From Candidatus Beckwithbacteria bacterium (GTDB lineage: Bacteria; Patescibacteriota; Microgenomatia; UBA1400; CG1-02-47-37), in contig JAPLVF010000013.1 in assembly GCA_026397255.1 (NCBI GenBank), positions 9,481 to 73,480 of the forward strand: 64,000 nucleotides of DNA. The letters are read 5' to 3'. Under the pieces are notes generated by a model. It was not told where the DNA came from. It did no database searches and worked only from the letters and a program-made list of their open reading frames with translations. Every line of letters begins with the position of its first letter. Position 1 is the stretch's first letter. Shown here piece after piece: positions 17,201 through 25,080 of this stretch. The position numbers and the translations under genes were made by a program.

Positions 17201-17232
17201 TTGTCAATAGCCGCTTGACAACGTGCTATAAT
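17201..17232 (+). promoter_or_regulatory. Extended -10 promoter preceded by an inverted repeat; points at the structured RNA
   Basis: TTGTCAA-N7-TTGACAA (17201..17221); TGCTATAAT (17224..17232); no plus-strand protein gene follows. Confidence 0.65.
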
Positions 17233-17243
17233 GAAATTACATA

Positions 17244-17311
17244 GACCCTGTTTCTGAATTGTCACCGTAAGGTGCGCGTTCTCAACTAACGTTGAGATAG
17301 GAACCAGGGTC
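17244..17311 (+). ncRNA. Putative three-way-junction RNA abutting the DUF3800 gene (DUF3800 RNA motif-like)
   Basis: Closing stem GACCCTG-TTTCT / AGGAA-C-CAGGGTC; hairpin CACC-GTAA-GGTG (GNRA loop); hairpin TCTCAAC-TAAC-GTTGAGA. Confidence 0.65.
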
Positions 17312-17314
17312 GCT

Positions 17315-17938
17315 TTATTTAAACGGCCAAATATCTTCAATTCTTCTTGACCTTTTAAGCATAGTTAAATAATCAGAATCTTTTTTTGTAAAGTCAGAGA
17401 ACACTGCCCCAGCTACCATATCAGCCAGTTGAATCAGCGTGTTTTGTCTTGAATCCACAAACTTTAAATCTTTAAAGATTTTACTGTTCTTATTGTCTAA
17501 ACGCCTGGATAAATAAACTCTTAACTGATTCCTTAGGGTTCTCTCTCCTCTTTTATCAACTTTCAATTTTGCGTTTTTTATTGATCCGCCGCTTTGTTTC
17601 AAAACCTGCATGATTACATAGTTATAAAAATCTTCTTTATTGCTTCTTAATCTTTGGCTGCGAATTAATGCTTTGTTAACCATAATGGCTCTAACCCTAA
17701 ACTTAAATGATCTGATAGCGTTGAAAAAGGCTTTGCGAAATTTTCTGTTGGTTTTATTGAACTTAAATTCGTATTTATCTTGTAATTTCAGTTTTCTCCT
17801 TAGTTCTTTAATTGCCACCGAGGTCTTTTCTGCTTCCAGGTTGTCATTGAAAATAACTAAGGCCAACACAAAAATATCGCTTGAGCCTTTTTGGAGCTTA
17901 AAACCTGGATCTCCGGATTCGTCAATAAAAACTATCAT
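17315..17938 (-). CDS. DUF3800 family protein (RNase H-like fold)
   Basis: FIDESGDPG, EFKF, VDS....LIQLADMVAG. Confidence 0.88.
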   Translation of the reverse strand: MIVFIDESGDPGFKLQKGSSDIFVLALVIFNDNLEAEKTSVAIKELRRKLKLQDKYEFKFNKTNRKFRKAFFNAIRSFKFRVRAIMVNKALIRSQRLRSNKEDFYNYVIMQVLKQSGGSIKNAKLKVDKRGERTLRNQLRVYLSRRLDNKNSKIFKDLKFVDSRQNTLIQLADMVAGAVFSDFTKKDSDYLTMLKRSRRIEDIWPFK

Positions 17939-17995
17939 TAAATTATTTTATCACCTAAGGCCTGAAAAATATCAGTTGTGTGATAAGATAAGTTT

Positions 17996-18856
17996 ATGAA
18001 AAAAGCGATGGTGACGGGGAGTTCGGGGTTTATTGGGAGAAAACTGATCAAGAGATTACAAAAAGACGGGGTGGAGGTAGTGGGGTTTTCTAGAAAAGAG
18101 GGGAAAAATATCACCAAAAAGGAAGATTTTGCGGGGTTGGGAAAGGTGGACACGGTGTTTCATCTGGCGGCAGTGTCGGGGTATAAGGACTGTGCGGAAA
18201 ACACCGGTTTGGCGTATGAGGTGAATGTGGGCGGAACAACTAATGTTTTAGAATATTGCCGGAAAAGCAAGGCAAAATTAATTTTTCCCAGCACGTATGT
18301 TTATGACCAGCCTTATTCAGAGGTGAAAACGGAAACGAGTGCGACGAAGCCGACGACGCATTATTCTTTCACGAAATTCTTAGGCGAAGAACTCTGTCGT
18401 TTTTACACGCGGGTATTTAAAGTGAACAGTTTGATTTTACGAACAGCCAATGTGTTCGGATTTGGCCAAGAAGACAAGTATTTGGTGCCGATTATCTTTA
18501 ATAATATTCTGGCAGGCCGAGAGTTTGAGCTGACCAAGCCGGAAATTGAACGGAGTTTTATTTATATTGCTGATTTGGTGGAGGCTTATGTCCGTCTGGC
18601 AGAAGCGAATAGCGAAAGCGGAGAAACATATAATATCGGACCGGAGAAGCCAACAACTTTGCAGGAATTGGTGCAGGCGATGGAGAAGGTAACCGGAAAG
18701 AAAGCCCGGGTAAAATATTCCGGCCAAGAGCGGCCAAATGAAGTGAATTTAAACCGGGTGGATACAGGTAAGATGAAAGCAAAACTTAACTGGCAGCCGG
18801 AAATCAGTTTAGAGCAGGGATTAAAACAATATCTGGAAAAACTTCATGAAGTTTAA
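17996..18856 (+). CDS. NAD-dependent epimerase/dehydratase (extended SDR)
   Basis: VTGSSGFIG, FHLAA, YSFTK. Confidence 0.93.
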   Translation: MKKAMVTGSSGFIGRKLIKRLQKDGVEVVGFSRKEGKNITKKEDFAGLGKVDTVFHLAAVSGYKDCAENTGLAYEVNVGGTTNVLEYCRKSKAKLIFPSTYVYDQPYSEVKTETSATKPTTHYSFTKFLGEELCRFYTRVFKVNSLILRTANVFGFGQEDKYLVPIIFNNILAGREFELTKPEIERSFIYIADLVEAYVRLAEANSESGETYNIGPEKPTTLQELVQAMEKVTGKKARVKYSGQERPNEVNLNRVDTGKMKAKLNWQPEISLEQGLKQYLEKLHEV

Positions 18857-19607
18857 AAAAACAGCATTGTCCGGTTACTATACTGACCAATATTTTAAAT
18901 CCCGGGTAAACAAGCAAAAAACTTTACGCCAAGCAGACCCGGCAATTTTCCAAAAGGTCGCTCAATTTATCAACTTAACCGGCCCGGTTGGCGATATTGG
19001 CTCTGGGGCAGGAAATTTTCTTAAAGCCTGCGAGACAAGAGGCATTAAAGCAATTGGAATTGAGGGCTGCAAAGCCGCCGTGCTCTGGGCCAATAAAAAT
19101 TCTAATAACAAAACTATCCGGCATGATTTAACTAAAAAACTGCCTTTTAAAGACAATTTTTTCCAGCTGGTGCAAAGCAATTCAGTCGTGGAACACTTAA
19201 AACCAGCCGCGGCCGACCAGGTGATCGCTGAAGCTTACCGAATTCTTAGGCCGCAGGGCCTTTTTGTTTGCAGCTGCCCGAATTATTTTGACTGGGCAGA
19301 AAGATTCCCGGAACATATTAACCTCTATACGCCGACAAGATTAAGGCAAGCGCTGAAAAAGCATAAATTCCAAATAGTTTATGAGCATTTCAGCTTCAAT
19401 TTGTCATTACTCACTCCCTGGGAGAGATTTAAAGAGAATGTGCCGACCGGAAAGTGGCGCCTGATGACGAAAAAAAACTCAAGGTTAATTAATTTAATTT
19501 TGGCGCCAATCTGGCTGCCGGTAAGACTCATTAATAAATATATTTTAAACTGGGAAACATTAGATATTGTGGCAGGAGAATGTTATTTTATCGGCCGGAA
19601 AAATTAA
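18846..19607 (+). CDS. Class I SAM-dependent methyltransferase
   Basis: DIGSGAG, LPFKDN.F, VVEHL, LRPQG. Confidence 0.88.
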   Translation: MKFKKTALSGYYTDQYFKSRVNKQKTLRQADPAIFQKVAQFINLTGPVGDIGSGAGNFLKACETRGIKAIGIEGCKAAVLWANKNSNNKTIRHDLTKKLPFKDNFFQLVQSNSVVEHLKPAAADQVIAEAYRILRPQGLFVCSCPNYFDWAERFPEHINLYTPTRLRQALKKHKFQIVYEHFSFNLSLLTPWERFKENVPTGKWRLMTKKNSRLINLILAPIWLPVRLINKYILNWETLDIVAGECYFIGRKN

Positions 19608-20974
19608 AAGAATTCCAAAGATGCGGCAATCTGTAAACAAATGTCTTTATATTGGTTGCGGACGTCCTGGGCGGTGCCATTCCAGGTAAGGTTAAGAATA
19701 TAATCGTTGTGGTCAATAAAGATGGAAAAGATGTCATTCCCCTCGCCCAGACTGCTGAAAAACAGACCGGCGGAGTTAGCGATCACTAACTGACGGGATT
19801 CACGGCCCTGATCGGTTAAGGCCGTAACTGCCGGAAAATTGGCTAAAGCGTAGTTACCTTTCTTGGCGGCAGTCGCAATAAAAATGACGTGGGGAGCAGA
19901 CAATTTGTCTTCAGCAACATTACTGAAAGTAACGACTCCCGGATTCTGGTTTTGATTAATGACGGACCAATCAAAGGGGTGGCGGAGTTTATAACGAAAA
20001 GTTTCATTGGAATAATATTTCCAGTTGGTATAAGTGGGTTTAGTCACGGCTGAAGTAGTCGCAACAGGCGAAGCAATTCCGGCGGCTGACGGAGAAGCTG
20101 AAGGTTCGTTGATTACTGGCTGAGGAGCAGCTGATTGACAGCCGCTGAAAACCAGCAGGCTGAAAATTAAACAGCCGGACCAGAAAAACTGACGATACAC
20201 AGCTTTTTTTATACCAACTGGGACTAAAAAAGACAAGAGGGGTTTTATCAGCTTCCAAACCTCGCTTTTGGGATAATGGTATTTGGTTAAAGCTAACCAA
20301 CGGGCTTTTAAGGCTAATTTTTCCTGGGTTTTTAAATTTTTTAAAGAAATGGCCGAAGCAGTATTCACCCGGTAATAAAGCAGAGGTTCGGATAGGTTGG
20401 CGGTCTGGTATTTGGCAACAATTCTTAAAGCTAATTCATAATCCTGAGCAAAAGGGAAGGTGTCGTCATAACCATCCAGGTCAAAAATAATTTCCCGCCG
20501 GACCAGCCAGGTGGGGTGAATAAAGGGACAGTATTTAAGAATATTGGCCCGGATATGCTGATGATCCTGAGGATTTGTCTTGAGGCCAACTTGTTTACCC
20601 TGACTATCAATTAAATAAGCGGCTGTGCCTAACAAGACGATGTCCGAATGGCTGGTCATATACTGCAGCTGTTTGGCCAGACGGGTCGGGAAACTGATGT
20701 CGTCGGCGTCCATGCGGCTAATCAGCGGGGTTTTGACCTGCCTTAAGGCTTTATTTAAGGATTTAGTTAAACCAAGGTGGTGCTGATTGGTAATGATTTT
20801 GATGCGATTGTCTTTTTTGGCAAATTTAGCCAAAATCCGGGGAGATTCATCACTGGAACAGTCGTCAACAATATAAAAAACAAAGTCGGAAAAAGTTTGA
20901 GATAAAATACTAGTGATGGCTTGGGCTAAAGTGGTTTCGTTGTTATAAACGGTCATCAAGACGCTTAACTGCAT
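19604..20974 (-). CDS. GT2 glycosyltransferase fused in frame to a lipoprotein-like (PsbP-like) domain
   Basis: N-terminal SVLMTVYN, DDCS, RMDADD, QDYEL; internal hydrophobic stretch ending FSGC; Pro/Ser/Ala linker; WKYY.N....YKLRHP.DW...ASLEF. Confidence 0.8.
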   Translation of the reverse strand: MQLSVLMTVYNNETTLAQAITSILSQTFSDFVFYIVDDCSSDESPRILAKFAKKDNRIKIITNQHHLGLTKSLNKALRQVKTPLISRMDADDISFPTRLAKQLQYMTSHSDIVLLGTAAYLIDSQGKQVGLKTNPQDHQHIRANILKYCPFIHPTWLVRREIIFDLDGYDDTFPFAQDYELALRIVAKYQTANLSEPLLYYRVNTASAISLKNLKTQEKLALKARWLALTKYHYPKSEVWKLIKPLLSFLVPVGIKKAVYRQFFWSGCLIFSLLVFSGCQSAAPQPVINEPSASPSAAGIASPVATTSAVTKPTYTNWKYYSNETFRYKLRHPFDWSVINQNQNPGVVTFSNVAEDKLSAPHVIFIATAAKKGNYALANFPAVTALTDQGRESRQLVIANSAGLFFSSLGEGNDIFSIFIDHNDYILNLTWNGTAQDVRNQYKDICLQIAASLEFF

Positions 20975-20982
20975 ATATATTC

Positions 20983-20994
20983 ATAGTATACTAT
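20983..20994. promoter_or_regulatory. Symmetric bidirectional -10 element between divergent genes
   Basis: Palindrome ATAGTATACTAT gives TATACT on both strands within a 24-bp intergenic gap. Confidence 0.55.
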
Positions 20995-20998
20995 CCTC

Positions 20999-21880
20999 AT
21001 GAAAGCGTTTATAACCGGCATTTCCGGGTTTTCCGGCTCCCATCTTAAACAACTATTGGAAAAAGAAAAAATTCAGGTCAGCGGCTTGTATAGTGATTTA
21101 AGGGGTAAAACCGGCTTAAAAAAAATTGTTGAAAAAGTTAAGCCTGATTGGGTGTTTCATTTAGCCAGCCCGGTAATAAGAAGCAAGCAAATGATTGATG
21201 AGGGTTTGGCGAAAAATCTGGAAGTGGATTTATTCGGGACAGTGAATTTAATCGAAGCCCTGGCCGAATTAAAAACCATGCCGAAACTGCTGATTACCGG
21301 TACGGCGGCGGAGTATGACCCGGAAATTAAGGCGGCGAGGCAAGAAACCGATGCCTTAATCCCCAATTCCAGCTACGGCTTGAGTAAAATGACCCAGGAG
21401 TTAGTCAGCCGGAAGTTATGCCAAAGCTATGACATCCCTTTGATTTACGCCCGGTCGTTTTTATTAATCGGGCCGGGCCAGAAACCGGGCTTTGTGATTA
21501 ACGACTGGTGCCGGCAATTAGCACAAAGTCAAAAAAAGTTAATCACCGGCAATTTAAGCATCAGGCGGGATTTTACGGATGTGCGTGACGGAGTCGCGGC
21601 CTACTTATTACTCATGAAAAAAGGCAAGCCGGGAGAAGTTTATAATGTTTGTTCGGGCCAAAGCCGGGAATTAAAAGAAGTTATTCTGGCATTAAAACAG
21701 GTGGTGAAAAATGATTTTATCGTTGATGAAGATAAAAATAGATTTAAGAATAATGATCCACTGGAATTATTCGGCGATAATACGAAATTAAAGGCTTTGG
21801 GGTGGAAACAGAAATTTTCTTTGGAAGATAGTTTGAGAGAGACACTGGATTATTGGTCCAGTAAGGTCCGACCTTTTTGA
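20999..21880 (+). CDS. GDP-sugar dehydratase/reductase (Gmd/Rmd-like SDR)
   Basis: ITGISGFSG, YGLSK, GNLSIRRDFTDVRD, GEVYNVCSG. Confidence 0.88.
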   Translation: MKAFITGISGFSGSHLKQLLEKEKIQVSGLYSDLRGKTGLKKIVEKVKPDWVFHLASPVIRSKQMIDEGLAKNLEVDLFGTVNLIEALAELKTMPKLLITGTAAEYDPEIKAARQETDALIPNSSYGLSKMTQELVSRKLCQSYDIPLIYARSFLLIGPGQKPGFVINDWCRQLAQSQKKLITGNLSIRRDFTDVRDGVAAYLLLMKKGKPGEVYNVCSGQSRELKEVILALKQVVKNDFIVDEDKNRFKNNDPLELFGDNTKLKALGWKQKFSLEDSLRETLDYWSSKVRPF

Positions 21881-21969
21881 AATCTAAGATCCGTTAAGGT
21901 CGGACCTTAGAAAATCAAGGAGTCACCTTCTACATTCCAAAAAGGTCAGACCTTGTAAGGTCTGACCTT
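21863..21969. repeat. Cluster of five 13-bp palindromes AAGGTCNGACCTT (REP-like)
   Basis: Copies at 21863, 21896, 21917 (degenerate), 21942 and 21957. Confidence 0.9.
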
Positions 21970-22962
21970 TTTAAACGCTTGATAGTAGCGGGAAGCGGTT
22001 TTGGACCAGGAATAATTTTTCGAAACTAACTGATAACCATTTTCACCCATCACAGCTAAAGACGGGTTTTGCAGAGCTAACTTCATGGTACGGGCTAAGG
22101 CTGGAGCGTCTCCGGCAGGAACTAAGTAACCGTTAGCCTGATTAACAAATTTAGCGACACTGCCGACTTGAGTGGCAATTACCGGCAACTGATGCGCCCA
22201 GGCCTCAAATAAAATCAAGGGGTGGCCTTCGGCTAAAGACGGCAAAACCAGACAGTGGGCCCGGAATAATTCTTTGTCTAAATCCGCTTGGCTCAACACT
22301 TTAAAACCAGGACCAAATAAGTGCAGTTTTGTTTGGGGAAACTGTTTTTGCACGAGTGAAAAAGCTTCTTGTAAAACCGGAATCCCCTTCCGCGGCTCGT
22401 TGCGGGCGACGGTTAAAAAAGTAAAATTACCCCACTTCGCCCCCACTTCGCCAGAGGCTACGCGGGGCAAGCTGACTCCGTTGGGGATAAATTTGGCATC
22501 TTTTAAGGTCAGGTCGTCGGTTATAACCAAATTATATTTGAATTTTTGGGTGATTAATCTTTCTAACCACTGGAGGCGGCTGCCGAAACCAATCGCCACT
22601 AAAACCACCGGAGTTTTTTTCACTAATTTAATTAATTGAAGGGTAATTGCCGGCAGCCAGGTAGAAGCGAGGAAAATATCCGGCTTGAACTTTAAACAAT
22701 AAAAGAAAGACTGAATTATAAACCAAAAACGACCAAGAGGATTAAAAAAAGGCAAAGCTGGTCCGAGGCGGATAATTTTCAAACGATTATTAAAATAAGT
22801 TTCGTTGTTAGCAAAAATTTTACCCTCGTAACGCAAGGTCCGGGTGACAACGGTAATTTGGCAATGATGGTCTTTAACCAAACGGCTGGTTAATTCCCAA
22901 AATAACTTCTGGCCGCCGCCGATAAGCGGCTGCCAGGCATCGCAAATAAAAACAAGGTTCAT
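21946..22962 (-). CDS. Glycosyltransferase family 4
   Basis: GGGQ, VARNEPRKG, EGHPLILFEA. Confidence 0.9.
   Translation of the reverse strand: MNLVFICDAWQPLIGGGQKLFWELTSRLVKDHHCQITVVTRTLRYEGKIFANNETYFNNRLKIIRLGPALPFFNPLGRFWFIIQSFFYCLKFKPDIFLASTWLPAITLQLIKLVKKTPVVLVAIGFGSRLQWLERLITQKFKYNLVITDDLTLKDAKFIPNGVSLPRVASGEVGAKWGNFTFLTVARNEPRKGIPVLQEAFSLVQKQFPQTKLHLFGPGFKVLSQADLDKELFRAHCLVLPSLAEGHPLILFEAWAHQLPVIATQVGSVAKFVNQANGYLVPAGDAPALARTMKLALQNPSLAVMGENGYQLVSKNYSWSKTASRYYQAFKKVRPYKV
22430..22467. repeat. In-frame hairpin element with an 11-bp duplication
   Basis: CCCCACTTCGC twice, then CAGAGGCTACGCGGGG; encodes PRVASGEVGAKWG. Confidence 0.65.
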
Positions 22963-22963
22963 G

Positions 22964-23659
22964 TTAATCGTTGACTAAGCGATATTTGATAATCGTAAAC
23001 ACCAAGTCCAGGCCGTCGCGAAAACGGATTTTCTTTCCCTGAAGACGGGTGCGCGGGTGGAAACTCACGGGAACTTCAGCAATTTTAAAACCTAATTTTA
23101 AGGCTTTGACCGTAAACTCGGCGTCAAACTCAAACTGAACAGAACGGAGGTTAATTTTGGTTAAAACCTCTTTGGTAAAGGCTTTATAGGCAGTATTAAT
23201 ATCGCTGACCCAGTGGCCGAAAAGAAGCCCGGTTAAGGTGCTGGTAATCTTGGTCGCCAACCAACTTTTAAAAGGGATTTTGGTTTGGGAATTTAGAATT
23301 CTTGAACCGTAAACAATTTTGGCTTGGTTGCTAAGGATCGGCTCTAAAAGCAGGTGAAATTCCTGCGGATCAAGCTCCAGATCAGCATCCTGAATAATCA
23401 CAATGTCGCCGGTAGACTGTTTTAAACCTAAGCGGATAGCCGCCCCCTTACCTAAATTAATCGGCAGTGATAAAACTTTAAGGTTCGGAATTTTTTGAAG
23501 TTTGGCGTTGATTTGCTGACGGCTATCATCAGTGGAGCCATCATCAACCACAATAATTTCTTTGGTAATATTTTTAAGTTTTACCGCCCTAACTTTTTCA
23601 ATTAAAGCGGCAATTGTCGCCTGTTCGTTGTAAACCGGAATGATTACGGACAATTTCAT
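22964..23659 (-). CDS. GT2, polyprenol-phosphate glycosyltransferase (DPM synthase-like)
   Basis: IPVYNE, DDGSTD, GKGAA, QDADLE.DP, EVPV. Confidence 0.9.
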   Translation of the reverse strand: MKLSVIIPVYNEQATIAALIEKVRAVKLKNITKEIIVVDDGSTDDSRQQINAKLQKIPNLKVLSLPINLGKGAAIRLGLKQSTGDIVIIQDADLELDPQEFHLLLEPILSNQAKIVYGSRILNSQTKIPFKSWLATKITSTLTGLLFGHWVSDINTAYKAFTKEVLTKINLRSVQFEFDAEFTVKALKLGFKIAEVPVSFHPRTRLQGKKIRFRDGLDLVFTIIKYRLVND

Positions 23660-24741
23660 AACTGTTTACTTATTACAGACAAATAAACTTTCTTGGTTTC
23701 ATTGTAAATTTTTTGCCAAGTGTAGTGATTAGATAACTTTAAGGCTTCCAGTTGTTTTTGACGATAAAGTTCTTTGTCAGTTAAAAGACGTTCAATTTGC
23801 TTAGCCAAATCACTTTCGTTCCCCGGCTTAAAGAAAAGCGTCCCCTGGCCAAAATTGGTAATTTCCTGATTAACCGGAATACTGGCTAAAACGCAGGGTA
23901 GGCCGCAGGCCATGGCTTCAATCGTCGCCAAACCAAAGCCTTCCACAACCGACGGCAGGCAAAAAATCCGGGAGCGGGACAATGTATCAATTAGTTCATG
24001 ACGGGAGAGATAGTCAACAATTTTGGCTTTATCTGTTAAACGGAATTCCTGAATAAGTTTAAGTAAATGTTTCTTTTGCGGGCCGCGGCCGATGATCAAT
24101 AAACGTAACGGCAGATTATCCAATAAAGACATTGCCTTAATTAAAACATCAATCCGTTTGGTTTTAACCAAACGCGCCAGGCAAATAATTGTGGTTTTAG
24201 TAAACTTTTCCGGGGAAGAAGTGAAGCTAAACTCTTTCGGGTCAATGCCGCCGTGAACGACAACTAAATGATCAGTTTTAACTTTGGCTTTTAACAGCTT
24301 GGTTTTGGTGGAATCGCTTAGGGCAATCACCCCGTCCCAGGACAGTTTTAAATAAAGTTTTTCCATCAGCCAGCCGGTGATGCCGACAAACCAACCAAAA
24401 TCCAGCCAGTTTTTTCCTAAAACATCCGGCACCCAGATTATTACCGGCTTGGTTTTAAGCCGAGCCGCCAAAAACGCCGGCAAGTAAGTGACGACATTGG
24501 AAGCTTCGACTAAATCAAATTTGGTAAACAGGGCTTTAATTAAAGATCTAAATAAATAACCGGTCCGGCTGAACACGGATAAAGGCGTAGCCGGCACCTG
24601 CCGGGAAGAAGAAGCAATCACTTTAACTAAAAAATCTTTTTTAGCCTGTTTAATGATGTAGTATGCCCGGGCCTCAACTCCACCGGTAAATATCAATTCG
24701 TCGTTTTTAGGGAAAAACTCGGTTAAAAACAACAATTTCAT
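23656..24741 (-). CDS. Glycosyltransferase family 4
   Basis: GGVE, LARLVKTK, EGFGLATIEAMACG. Confidence 0.92.
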   Translation of the reverse strand: MKLLFLTEFFPKNDELIFTGGVEARAYYIIKQAKKDFLVKVIASSSRQVPATPLSVFSRTGYLFRSLIKALFTKFDLVEASNVVTYLPAFLAARLKTKPVIIWVPDVLGKNWLDFGWFVGITGWLMEKLYLKLSWDGVIALSDSTKTKLLKAKVKTDHLVVVHGGIDPKEFSFTSSPEKFTKTTIICLARLVKTKRIDVLIKAMSLLDNLPLRLLIIGRGPQKKHLLKLIQEFRLTDKAKIVDYLSRHELIDTLSRSRIFCLPSVVEGFGLATIEAMACGLPCVLASIPVNQEITNFGQGTLFFKPGNESDLAKQIERLLTDKELYRQKQLEALKLSNHYTWQKIYNETKKVYLSVISKQL

Positions 24742-25076
24742 TTCTTTTTTTCCTGATTCAAGGCAATCATCCGGACCAGTTTAGTCAAATCGTGGCGCAG
24801 GTTTTCCAGCAAAACATTAGTCCGAAAAATAAGATAAAACAGTAAAATAATGGAGGCATAAATAACGGCGTCACTGCCCCGGTTAATACCTAATTGCTTA
24901 GCAACAATCGAGGTTAATTCCGGTTCAAAGACGCCCAGTAAAGCCACAATAAACAAACCAAACCAAAAACTGCCGCTAGCTAAAGTTAAACTGCCGTCTT
25001 TTAATCTTAAGAAAACCCGGGAAGCGGCAAAAAGCAGAAAAACACTGAAAATAATCTGAACCGGCAAAAAGGACAT
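24738..25076 (-). CDS. DUF2304-family small membrane protein
   Basis: Three TM helices, LGINRGSD, LTKLVRMIAL; follows a DPM-like GT2, as is usual. Confidence 0.8.
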   Translation of the reverse strand: MSFLPVQIIFSVFLLFAASRVFLRLKDGSLTLASGSFWFGLFIVALLGVFEPELTSIVAKQLGINRGSDAVIYASIILLFYLIFRTNVLLENLRHDLTKLVRMIALNQEKKK

Positions 25077-25080
25077 AAGT

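Noticed and set aside
17244-17311. Structured element as a tRNA or a simple intrinsic terminator
   Set aside because: It has only two internal arms, no GTTCRA T-loop and no CCA end. In the DUF3800 mRNA orientation there is no U-tract after the stem, and it is multi-branched with its own upstream -10.
15169-17340. Short minus-strand ORFs 15169..15384 and 17074..17340 sharing PRHH.FFHK.ILS
   Set aside because: The shared peptide is only the antisense translation of the duplicated epimerase 5' end, not a protein family.
7689-18033. Hotspot repeats as a CRISPR array or integron attC sites
   Set aside because: Spacing is about 1-2 kb and contains whole genes. The repeats are not palindromic, lack RYYYAAC/GTTRRRY boxes, and no cas or intI gene is present in the window.
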